NCBI GenBank assembly: GCA_964195235.1
Contig: CAXMOW010000004.1
Coordinates: 12,622-76,621, forward strand
From: an uncultured Acidimicrobiia bacterium
GTDB lineage: Bacteria > Actinomycetota > Acidimicrobiia > Spongiisociales > ZC4RG35
Direction: 5' to 3'
Length of the DNA stretch: 64,000 nucleotides
Part shown: positions 55,701 to 64,000 of the stretch, one piece after another
How positions within the stretch are numbered: position 1 is the first letter of the stretch
How the letters are laid out: every line of letters begins with the position of its first letter
Program-made: the position numbers and the translations under genes
Notes under the pieces: model-generated
The model's input: only the letters and a program-made list of their open reading frames with translations
The model's database searches: none
Told to the model about the DNA's origin: nothing

Positions 55701-57407
55701 AGGATTGCCGTCGCAGTCGAGCCCTTCCGCAGGCCTGTAGGTGGCTTCGAAGGTATCAGCCACCACTCGACCGTCATCGAAGGTCCTTTGGCGGTCCGTT
55801 TCGACATAGGTGCACTCGCCGCGGCGCGAAACTCGCTGACCAAGTTCGACCACGTCAACGTTTTTGGTTGAGTACATCGTCACGGTGATGTTGCGTGAGT
55901 CGTATGACGTCCAGATCAAAACCGGGTAGTCGGTTGTGTTGGCGATAACGAGGTCCGGGCTTGGGCTGGAGACAGTTGCCTCCCTCCCAAATGGATAGCG
56001 CCTGAAGTAGATCGAGTGGCTCCGGTATTCGTCGAAATCGAGGCCGGCAAAATAGGCGGCATTGAAAATGGTTGTGGCGAATTGAGAAACGCCACCACCC
56101 ACTTCATCGGTCAGCCGCCCAAATCGGATGGCCCCATCAGCAACAAAACCGTTGGCCCGTGTTCGGGGCACCTTGCGATTCAAGGACAACGATTCACCCG
56201 GAACCAGATAGGTGCCCCTCACCAGATCGGCCATACGCTGGATGTTGGAGACACGTGGCTGGCAACAAGAGTGCGAAGTAGTGAACTCACCGACTTTGTC
56301 GACAATGAGAGATCCGTCTGCCCAGGCAGCCAACGTCGAGTCGTCGGTCTCGCGCGACTCCAGACGCCACGGGCCAACGCCTCCCGCGAGGATGCCTTCG
56401 GCAGCGACTCGCACCGAGTCCGCATCACAGCAGAAAGGTGCCGGTTCGCCCGGTTCCACCACGACGATGTCGCCATCAACGATGTCCATTACTGGTTTGT
56501 CGAACCGGCCAACCGGACCATTGATGGCACGCTCCAGTTCGGCGTGGAGGCCAACGATGTCGAAAGCCACCTTGACATCGCCATTGGCCGAGACCGGCTT
56601 GAGATGGCGTCGCAGCTGGGCCGTTGTCAAGGTCGCGTGGCTGAAGCCAACTAGAACCTCCATGCCGCCGTCGGTCAAATCGTTCAGTCGCCTCCCGATT
56701 TCGTCGGCGTAGTCGTTGGTGACCGAAGGCAGGAGGGTGCGAGGCTCACCGAGAATCGTCTGTTCCCCTTCGGTCAGATCGATTTCGGCAAGCTCTTCAA
56801 TCAACGTACCGACGTTGACCCCGACTCCGTCGACGCCCGCCACAAGGTACAGATAGTTGGTTCCAGAGGTAGTCAAGCGTGGTTCGATGGGCAGTGCCAG
56901 AGTCAGCTCTGGAGCGGCCTCCAGCCGGGAGCGTGCCGCCAACCGATCGAACGTAATTTCATCGTCGATCTGGACGCTGGTCAACGGTGAGGTGAGCCAT
57001 TGCACGAATGTGGTCAGCGGCCCACCGTTGTGGCGGGCAAGTCGGACTTCATTGACGACGTCGGATACTGAGTAGTCGAAACCGAGTTCGTCGGCCCGGA
57101 GTATCAACATACTCTCACCGGTATCGATGGTGATAGGAGTAGAGAGCAGAAGACGACTCCGCGCCCTGACGACCCACTCCACCCTCTCCGATGGAGCACC
57201 GGACAAATCTGCCCCGACAAATTTGACGTTGGGAGCAACAAATTCGCCGGCCCCGGCGATGTGGCTCGCCCAAGCGCCAGAGACAAAGATAAATAGGAGG
57301 GCAGCCCCGAATCCCCCCCAGAGCCAGCCGAGTTGAGGAGCTCTGTGTCTGGCCACTTCGTGCGCATGATACGGCTGCTTGGTGTTACGGCCACAGCTTT
57401 GGAACAC
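55677..57407 (-). CDS. VanW-domain protein with N-terminal membrane anchor
   Basis: GGGVSQFATTIFNAAYFAGL...YRSHSIYFRRYPFGREATV...DLVIANTTDYPVLIW is the VanW core. Confidence 0.8.
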   Translation of the reverse strand: MFQSCGRNTKQPYHAHEVARHRAPQLGWLWGGFGAALLFIFVSGAWASHIAGAGEFVAPNVKFVGADLSGAPSERVEWVVRARSRLLLSTPITIDTGESMLILRADELGFDYSVSDVVNEVRLARHNGGPLTTFVQWLTSPLTSVQIDDEITFDRLAARSRLEAAPELTLALPIEPRLTTSGTNYLYLVAGVDGVGVNVGTLIEELAEIDLTEGEQTILGEPRTLLPSVTNDYADEIGRRLNDLTDGGMEVLVGFSHATLTTAQLRRHLKPVSANGDVKVAFDIVGLHAELERAINGPVGRFDKPVMDIVDGDIVVVEPGEPAPFCCDADSVRVAAEGILAGGVGPWRLESRETDDSTLAAWADGSLIVDKVGEFTTSHSCCQPRVSNIQRMADLVRGTYLVPGESLSLNRKVPRTRANGFVADGAIRFGRLTDEVGGGVSQFATTIFNAAYFAGLDFDEYRSHSIYFRRYPFGREATVSSPSPDLVIANTTDYPVLIWTSYDSRNITVTMYSTKNVDVVELGQRVSRRGECTYVETDRQRTFDDGRVVADTFEATYRPAEGLDCDGNPVIAPNQS

Positions 57408-57435
57408 CGTCGGGTAACTGACGGTTGTACACAGG

Positions 57436-58113
57436 ATGCGGCAGGCTGAACAGCAACACCTCGACTGGTTGGCCAGGTCGTTTGGTCGTCCCGACTACGC
57501 CCCTCTGGACAGTGCTGACGTGGAAGTGATTCGGTCGGCCGGCGAGGTCATCTCGAAGTATCCCGGAACACACCTTTTCAAAGAAGGCGCTGCCGCCGAT
57601 GCTGCCTATCTCGTTGAGAGCGGCGAAATTGAGATCTATCGAGGTCAGGGGGCTGGTCGGCGAGTTGTTGCTCGTGTCGGTCCGGGCTCAGTTTTGGGGG
57701 ATATCGCAATGTTCGGCGACACGCCCTACATATCGTCGGCCAAAGCTATCGGCCCGGTTCGAGCCTTCCGTTTCCAGCGGAACAGGCTGTTGCCCGAACT
57801 GCATCGTCACCCCGCAATCTGTCTCCGCTGGCTGGTCGCGGGGCTCCGACAACTAGAAGGGACTCAGCGTCGGGTCATCCGCCTCATGCACAAGACCGTC
57901 CTCGCTCAAGTGGCTGACCTTCTTGTCGAAGAAGCCGAGCGCCGTCGTGACGTGAACCTCTCCCAAGGCACCATCGCGGCATTACTAGGCGTGTCTCGTC
58001 AGTCGGTCAATGAGGCACTCGGTCGACTTCGCGAGGCTGGTGCGGTTGAGACCGGTTATCGCAATATTCGGATTGTCGACGTCGAGAAATTGGTCGAGTT
58101 TGCGGCGTCCTGA
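57436..58113 (+). CDS. Crp/Fnr-family transcriptional regulator
   Basis: A cNMP-binding domain (LFKEGAAADAAYLVESGEIEIY...GDIAMFG) and a C-terminal HTH (SQGTIAALLGVSRQSVNEALGRL). Confidence 0.8.
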   Translation: MRQAEQQHLDWLARSFGRPDYAPLDSADVEVIRSAGEVISKYPGTHLFKEGAAADAAYLVESGEIEIYRGQGAGRRVVARVGPGSVLGDIAMFGDTPYISSAKAIGPVRAFRFQRNRLLPELHRHPAICLRWLVAGLRQLEGTQRRVIRLMHKTVLAQVADLLVEEAERRRDVNLSQGTIAALLGVSRQSVNEALGRLREAGAVETGYRNIRIVDVEKLVEFAAS

Positions 58114-58179
58114 CACGCGGCGTGTCCAGTTGCAGCCGTGAAAGAACACTTACTCATACGGATCTGGGTCCAAATACCC

Positions 58180-58209
58180 TTGACTCGTTTCGCGGGGCTG
58201 CGATAGGAT
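58180..58209 (+). promoter_or_regulatory. possible rpoB promoter (TTGACT-N18-TAGGAT)
   Basis: Read directly in the 250-nt spacer upstream of rpoB. This is a sequence match only. Confidence 0.3.
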
Positions 58210-58364
58210 GAGCATCAACCCCTCGGGGCGTGAACTGGCTTCTGCGGACAACACTGCGGAGGTCTGTTCGACAACTTTAGATTCAATTGGGGACAGGCTG
58301 CCGCGTCTGTTAGCATGTCCTTTCTTGCGTCACTCCCAATTGCACCACCTCAAGGAGGCACCTA

Positions 58365-61300
58365 TTGGCTTCGCGCGTGGCTGAGCGCTTTTCTTTCGGA
58401 AAAATCCCCGACGTACTACCCCTTCCCGACCTACTCGCCGTACAACACGAGTCGTTCAAGTGGTTCCTTGATGAGGGCCTTCGTGAGATCTTCAACGAGA
58501 TCTCTCCCATCGAAGACTTCACAGGCTCACTCGCGCTCGAACTGACCGATCACAGGTTTGGTGAGCCACAAATGAGCCTCGAGGAGGCCAAAGAGCGAGA
58601 CGCCAACTATGCCCAACCGATGTTTGTAACGGCACGGTTCATGAACCGGGGCACTGGCGAGATCAAAGAACAGCAAGTGTTCTTGGGCGACTTCCCGATC
58701 ATGACGGACAAGAGTGTCTTCATCATCAACGGGACAGAGCGGGTCATCGTTTCCCAGCTCGTCCGTTCCCCTGGGATCTATTTCGATGTCAACAAAGACA
58801 AGACGTCCGACAAGATGATCTATTCGGGCAAGGTCATTCCCGGTCGCGGCGCCTGGCTCGAATTCGACACCGACAAGAAGGACACCATCGGGATTCGTGT
58901 CGATCGCAAGCGTCGTCAATATGTGAGCTCATTTCTCAAAGCCCTCGGCATTGTCGAGACTGACGAGGAGATCCTCGAGATGTTCGGGCATTCCGAGTCG
59001 ATCAAGAACACAATTGAGAAAGACACCGTTGCGGACAAGGACGAGGCGCTTCTCGACCTGTATCGCAAGCTCCGCCCAGGTGAACCCACCACTGTCGAGT
59101 CTGCTCGTGGATTGATCCAGACACTGTTTCGCAACCCAAAGCGCTACGACCTCACCCGAGTCGGTCGTTACAAGATGGCTCAGAAGTTCGGCGAAAAGGC
59201 CCCTGAGGACTACAGGGCCGAGGGACTGCAGCTACTGCGCGACGAGGACATCGTCGACGCCATCAAGTATCTGGTTGCCCTTCACGCTGGCGAGTCCACG
59301 ATGACAACCCACACCGGCACCGAAATCCAGATCGGCACAGACGACATAGACCACTTCGGTAATCGTCGCATTCGCACCGTTGGTGAGCTCGTCCAGAACC
59401 AAGTGCGGGTGGGTCTCACCCGCCTCGAGCGTGTCGTCCGCGAGCGGATGACCACTCAAGACCCCGATGCAATCACGCCGCAGAGTCTGATCAACATCCG
59501 TCCTGTCACCGCATCGATCAAGGAATTTTTCGGGACCAGCCAACTCAGCCAGTTCATGGACCAGCCCAATCCGCTCGCCGGGCTGACCCATCGCCGGCGA
59601 CTCTCCGCTCTTGGCCCAGGTGGTCTCTCCCGCGAGCGCGCCGGCTTCGAGGTTCGTGATGTCCACCCTTCTCACTATGGGCGTATGTGTCCGATCGAGA
59701 CGCCTGAGGGACCGAATATCGGTCTCATCGGGTCGCTGGCCTCGTACGCAAGGGTCAACGATTTCGGATTCATCGAAACTCCTTATCGCAAGGTTGCCAA
59801 AGGCGTTGTCTCCAGGAAGGTCGACTACCTGACCGCGACTGAGGAAGAGCGATTTGTCATTGCCCAGGCCAACGCCCCGCTCAAGGACAATGGTGCTTTT
59901 GTCAACAAGAAAGTGCTAGTCCGCCGTGCCGGTGGTGAGGTCGAGTATGTCGATGCCAAAGGTGTCAACTACATGGATGTCTCTCCGAAGCAGATCGTCT
60001 CGGTATCCACTTCTCTGATCCCTTTCCTCGAGCATGACGATGCCAACCGTGCCCTCATGGGCTCCAATATGCAGCGTCAGGCGGTGCCTTTACTGACGGC
60101 TGAATCACCGCTGGTTGGTACGGGTGTCGAACAGCGTGCCGCTCAAGACTCTGGTGACATGGTCGTGTCGCCCGTTGCCGGCGAAGTCGTCGAGGTCAAC
60201 GGCGACGAGATCATTGTCAAAGAGAAGGACGCCAACAAGAAGCACACCTTCGCCCTCAACAAGTTCCGCCGCTCCAACCAGGGCACATGCATGAACCACA
60301 AAGCCATCGTTCGCGAGGGCGACAAGGTCAAGGTTGGCGACGTCCTGGCTGATGGGCCATCGACTGAGGCCGGCGAGTTGGCGCTTGGTCGCAATCTTCT
60401 GGTCGCGTTCATGCCTTGGCAGGGTTACAACTACGAAGACGCCATCATCATTTCCGAGCGTCTTGTCAAGGACGACGTTCTGACGTCCATCCACATCGAG
60501 GAGCATGAGCTCGATGCCCGCGACACCAAGCTCGGGGCTGAGGAGATCACGAGGGACATTCCCAATGTGCCTGAAGAAGTCCTCGCCAACCTCGACGGTG
60601 ACGGGATCATCCGTGTCGGCGCTGAGGTCGGACCCGGCGACTACCTAGTCGGAAAGGTCACACCCAAAGGTGAGACTGAGCTGACACCTGAGGAACGCTT
60701 GCTTCGTGCGATTTTCGGCGAGAAAGCTCGCGAGGTCCGGGACACCTCGCTCAAAGTGCCCCACGGTGAGCAAGGAAAAGTCATCGGTGTAAAAGTCTTC
60801 AAGAGGGCCGATGGCTATGACCTCCCACCCGGTGTCAATGAGCTGGTCCGCATCTACGTCGCTACCCAACGGAAAATCTCGGAAGGCGACAAGCTGGCCG
60901 GTCGGCACGGCAACAAAGGTGTCATCTCCAGGGTTCTGCCCGAAGAGGAGATGCCATTTCTAGCTGACGGAACCCCCGTCGACATCATCTTGTCACCACT
61001 CGGTGTGCCGAGCCGCATGAACCTCGGCCAGATCCTCGAGACTCATCTCGGCTGGGCTGCCGCTCAGGGCTGGGAGCCATTCAAGGGCGACTCACCCGCC
61101 GCGGTTGGCGCCAAGCCTTGGACCAAAACAGCTTCCCCTGTCTTCGACGGTGCGCGTGAGGACGAGATCCTGCAGGTGATCGCCAGCGCCCACCCCAATC
61201 GTGACGGTGATCAGCTTGTCCAGAAGGACGGCAAGGCCATCCTCTATGACGGTCGCACCGGCGAGCCCTTCGATACGGCGATCACGGTTGGCTACATCTA

Positions 61301-61736
61301 CATCCTGAAGCTGGTCCACCTTGTTGACGAGAAGATCCATGCACGTTCGACTGGCCCATACAGCATGATCACCCAGCAGCCGCTTGGTGGTAAAGCTCAG
61401 TTCGGTGGTCAGCGCTTCGGTGAGATGGAGGTCTGGGCCCTCGAGGCGTACGGCGCTGCTTATGCGCTTCAGGAGCTTTTGACGATCAAGTCCGACGATG
61501 TCCAAGGCCGGGTCAAGGTCTACGAGGCAATCGTGAAGGGCGACAACATTCCCGAACCCGGCATCCCTGAGTCATTCAGGGTGCTGATCAAGGAAATGCA
61601 AAGTCTCTGCCTCAACGTCGAGATGCTCTCGGCCGGTGAGGAAGTCGAACTCAAGGAGCTCGAAGAGGAGACATACCGGTCGGTGGAGACACTTGGGATC
61701 GACCTCAGTCGTCCTGAGCGTCCCGATTCTGATTAA
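58365..61736 (+). CDS. rpoB: DNA-directed RNA polymerase subunit beta
   Basis: 1123 aa. TTG start 7 nt after AAGGAGG. Canonical RpoB motifs are present ([43 protein letters not shown]). Confidence 0.97.
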   Translation: MASRVAERFSFGKIPDVLPLPDLLAVQHESFKWFLDEGLREIFNEISPIEDFTGSLALELTDHRFGEPQMSLEEAKERDANYAQPMFVTARFMNRGTGEIKEQQVFLGDFPIMTDKSVFIINGTERVIVSQLVRSPGIYFDVNKDKTSDKMIYSGKVIPGRGAWLEFDTDKKDTIGIRVDRKRRQYVSSFLKALGIVETDEEILEMFGHSESIKNTIEKDTVADKDEALLDLYRKLRPGEPTTVESARGLIQTLFRNPKRYDLTRVGRYKMAQKFGEKAPEDYRAEGLQLLRDEDIVDAIKYLVALHAGESTMTTHTGTEIQIGTDDIDHFGNRRIRTVGELVQNQVRVGLTRLERVVRERMTTQDPDAITPQSLINIRPVTASIKEFFGTSQLSQFMDQPNPLAGLTHRRRLSALGPGGLSRERAGFEVRDVHPSHYGRMCPIETPEGPNIGLIGSLASYARVNDFGFIETPYRKVAKGVVSRKVDYLTATEEERFVIAQANAPLKDNGAFVNKKVLVRRAGGEVEYVDAKGVNYMDVSPKQIVSVSTSLIPFLEHDDANRALMGSNMQRQAVPLLTAESPLVGTGVEQRAAQDSGDMVVSPVAGEVVEVNGDEIIVKEKDANKKHTFALNKFRRSNQGTCMNHKAIVREGDKVKVGDVLADGPSTEAGELALGRNLLVAFMPWQGYNYEDAIIISERLVKDDVLTSIHIEEHELDARDTKLGAEEITRDIPNVPEEVLANLDGDGIIRVGAEVGPGDYLVGKVTPKGETELTPEERLLRAIFGEKAREVRDTSLKVPHGEQGKVIGVKVFKRADGYDLPPGVNELVRIYVATQRKISEGDKLAGRHGNKGVISRVLPEEEMPFLADGTPVDIILSPLGVPSRMNLGQILETHLGWAAAQGWEPFKGDSPAAVGAKPWTKTASPVFDGAREDEILQVIASAHPNRDGDQLVQKDGKAILYDGRTGEPFDTAITVGYIYILKLVHLVDEKIHARSTGPYSMITQQPLGGKAQFGGQRFGEMEVWALEAYGAAYALQELLTIKSDDVQGRVKVYEAIVKGDNIPEPGIPESFRVLIKEMQSLCLNVEMLSAGEEVELKELEEETYRSVETLGIDLSRPERPDSD

Positions 61737-61754
61737 GGGTTATTCGAGAGATTT

Positions 61755-64000
61755 ATGGCACAACAGCAACTGTTTGATGAACTAAAGATCGGGCTCGCTT
61801 CGAGCGACCAGATTCGCGCCTGGTCATACGGTGAGGTCAAGAAGCCGGAAACGATCAACTACCGCACCCTTCGCCCGGAGAAGGAAGGCCTCTTCGACGA
61901 GCGGATCTTCGGTCCCCAACGGGACTGGGAGTGTTACTGCGGCAAATACAAGAGGATCCGCTACAAGGGGATCATCTGTGAGCGCTGTGGCGTCGAAGTA
62001 ACCCGTTCCAAGGTGCGTCGTGAGCGCATGGGCCACATTGAGCTCGCAGCTCCTGTGACCCACATCTGGTTCTTCAAGGGTGTTCCCAGTCGTCTCGGCT
62101 ATCTCCTCGACATGTCGCCGAAGGAGTTGGAGAAGGTCATCTACTTCGCCAGCTACATCATCACCTCCGTCAACGATGAGACCCGTCAGAAGGATCTTCC
62201 CGAGCTCGAGGCCGCAATGGGCGATGAGATTGAGGTGGTCAAGGCCGAGTTCGACGAGTGGCACGAGGTTCGCCTTGAAGCGCTCGAAGACGAACTGGCG
62301 CGTATGGAAGAGGGTGGAGCGAAGAGTCAAGAGATCAACGCTCGACGCAAAGAGGTCGAGAAGGAGATCAAGGATCGTCAAGAGCGGAGCGATCGTGAGC
62401 TCGAGTTGATCCAGGAAGCTTTCGACACCTTCCGGACCTTCGGACCCAAGCAGCTTGTCGAGTCAGAGCAGCTCTGGCGTGAGATCTGGTTCCGCTATGC
62501 CGACTACTACGAGGGTGGAATGGGTGCCGAAGCGGTGAAGGCACTGCTTCTCAACCTCGACCTCGATGCCGAGATGGACCGTCTAGAGGAAAACCTCAAC
62601 GGGACTTCTCAGCAGCGACGTCAGCGGGCTACCCAGCGGATGAAGGTCGTCAAGCCCTTCTGGGAGGGAAAGAATCGTCCCGAGGACATGATCCTCGAGA
62701 CCGTTCCTGTCATTCCTCCGGATCTTCGCCCAATGGTCCAGCTCGACGGTGGCCGTTTCGCCACCTCCGACCTCAACGACCTGTACCGGCGAGTGATCAA
62801 CAGGAACAATCGTCTCAAGCGTCTGCTTGACCTCGGTGCCCCCGAGATCATCGTCAACAACGAGAAACGCATGCTCCAGGAGGCCGTCGACGCCCTGTTC
62901 GACAACGGTCGGCGTGGCCGCGCCGTAACCGGGCCGGGCAACCGCGCCCTCAAGTCGCTGTCAGACATGCTCAAGGGCAAGCAAGGTCGTTTCCGCCAGA
63001 ACCTTCTAGGTAAGCGAGTCGACTACTCGGGCCGTTCGGTAATTGTGGTCGGTCCCCAGCTACAGCTGCATCAGTGCGGTCTGCCCAAGATCATGGCTCT
63101 CGAGTTGTTCAAGCCGTTCGTGATGAAGCGTCTCGTCGATCTCGACCTGGCACAGAACATCAAGGCTGCCAAGCGGATGGTTGAGCGTCAGCGTCCCCAG
63201 GTTTGGGACGTGCTGTCCGACGTCATTCAGGAGCACCCGGTGCTTCTCAACCGAGCTCCTACCTTGCATCGTCTCGGGATTCAGGCTTTCGAACCAGTCC
63301 TCGTCGAGGGCAAAGCGATCCAGATTCACCCTCTGGTCTGTGAGGCCTTCAACGCCGATTTTGATGGAGACCAGATGGCTGTCCATCTCCCGCTGTCTGC
63401 CGAGGCTCAGGCCGAGGCCCGGGTGCTGATGTTGTCGATCAACAACGTGTTGTCACCGGCGTCAGGTCGCCCGATCGTGACACCTGCTCAGGACATGGTC
63501 ATCGGCATCTACTATTTGTCTGAGCTGGTCGAAGACGCCGCTGGTGCCGGTCGCTACTTCTCTGATGTAGATGAGGCGCTGATGGCTTACGAACTTGGTG
63601 AGCTTTCTTTACACGCACCGATCAAGATCCGTCTTGAAGAGCGCGCTGGTGACCCCGCGATGCACCGCGACCTCAAACGGACACTGGGCAAACTGCTCAA
63701 CGATGAGCCCTTCCCCCGGGATGGAATCGCGGAGACGACCTTCGGTCGAGCGCTTCTCAACGGCGCCTTCCCCGAAGACTTCCCATTTATCGACTCAGTC
63801 GTCATCAAGAGTGACCTCAAATTGCTCATAGAGAACATCATCGAGCGGTATCCCCGTTCGGCCGTTGCCGACACCCTTGACGCTGTAAAGGACCTCGGAT
63901 TCCGCTTTGGAACCAAATCTGGGCTGTCGATTGGTCTCGACGATGTCCGCACCCCGGACAACAAGGCCGAGATCCTCGCCGAGTATGAGGACCGAGCCGA
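61755..64000 (+). CDS. rpoC: DNA-directed RNA polymerase subunit beta' (5' partial; runs off the window)
   Basis: The ATG at 61755 gives [38 protein letters not shown]...[23 protein letters not shown], and later [12 protein letters not shown]. It is absent from the ORF track because there is no stop in the window. Confidence 0.97.
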   Translation, partial: MAQQQLFDELKIGLASSDQIRAWSYGEVKKPETINYRTLRPEKEGLFDERIFGPQRDWECYCGKYKRIRYKGIICERCGVEVTRSKVRRERMGHIELAAPVTHIWFFKGVPSRLGYLLDMSPKELEKVIYFASYIITSVNDETRQKDLPELEAAMGDEIEVVKAEFDEWHEVRLEALEDELARMEEGGAKSQEINARRKEVEKEIKDRQERSDRELELIQEAFDTFRTFGPKQLVESEQLWREIWFRYADYYEGGMGAEAVKALLLNLDLDAEMDRLEENLNGTSQQRRQRATQRMKVVKPFWEGKNRPEDMILETVPVIPPDLRPMVQLDGGRFATSDLNDLYRRVINRNNRLKRLLDLGAPEIIVNNEKRMLQEAVDALFDNGRRGRAVTGPGNRALKSLSDMLKGKQGRFRQNLLGKRVDYSGRSVIVVGPQLQLHQCGLPKIMALELFKPFVMKRLVDLDLAQNIKAAKRMVERQRPQVWDVLSDVIQEHPVLLNRAPTLHRLGIQAFEPVLVEGKAIQIHPLVCEAFNADFDGDQMAVHLPLSAEAQAEARVLMLSINNVLSPASGRPIVTPAQDMVIGIYYLSELVEDAAGAGRYFSDVDEALMAYELGELSLHAPIKIRLEERAGDPAMHRDLKRTLGKLLNDEPFPRDGIAETTFGRALLNGAFPEDFPFIDSVVIKSDLKLLIENIIERYPRSAVADTLDAVKDLGFRFGTKSGLSIGLDDVRTPDNKAEILAEYEDRA

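Noticed and set aside
1-64000. tRNA-Sec, selA, selB, other tRNA/rRNA genes, prophage, transposon, CRISPR or known defence-system genes
   Set aside because: No intergenic region is long enough, or has the cloverleaf-like sequence, for a tRNA. I recognised no integrase, transposase or cas motifs, or defence-type nuclease motifs, in any frame. NucS and the FEN-like exonuclease are housekeeping repair genes.

Overview
This is a high-GC, tightly packed chromosomal core segment. It is most consistent with an actinobacterium: it carries NucS, WhiB, an HbhA-like/XRE pair, GlnE and an F420-type LLM oxidoreductase, and many genes overlap by 4 nt (ATGA/GTGA). An Acidimicrobiia-like origin is my guess only. 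I can support about 70 protein genes. They include glnE, nadE, mgtE, greA and selD. There is a complete Bacillus-like caa3 oxidase operon (ctaB, a Trx-fold lipoprotein, then ctaC-D-E-F-G). There is also a serine-pathway pair, an adenylate cyclase next to a cNMP-binding protein, lgt, tag, a rhodanese, nhaA, fba, nucS, trmL, an acyl-CoA ligase and a DipZ-like Trx/CcdA pair. The rest are an M20 peptidase, an M50 protease, an acyl-CoA dehydrogenase, whiB, rimK with an AstE-like partner, hsp20, a DUF3179 gene, two MFS transporters, VanW, a Crp regulator, and rpoB plus the 5' part of rpoC at the right edge. I saw no rRNA, tRNA, CRISPR, transposase, integrase or phage genes. The main result of the hunt is four in-frame TGA codons inside otherwise intact, homology-supported genes, each hidden or split in the ORF track. 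(1) selD has TGA at the classical GAG-U-GCK position, so this organism decodes UGA as selenocysteine. (2) A DUF3179-family gene has TGA replacing the first Cys of its hallmark CPLC motif, which makes it a candidate new selenoprotein family. (3) A DipZ/TlpA-like thioredoxin has TGA exactly where the lipobox Cys of its signal peptide should be. (4) An acyl-CoA ligase has TGA at the conserved Gly of the KYKGFQ motif, which looks more like a nonsense mutation or readthrough. Each TGA is followed by a hairpin about 15-35 nt downstream. Other observations are small unannotated ORFs, gene remnants, candidate operator repeats and gene-fusion or synteny oddities. All family assignments come from reading the translations from memory. 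No searches were run.
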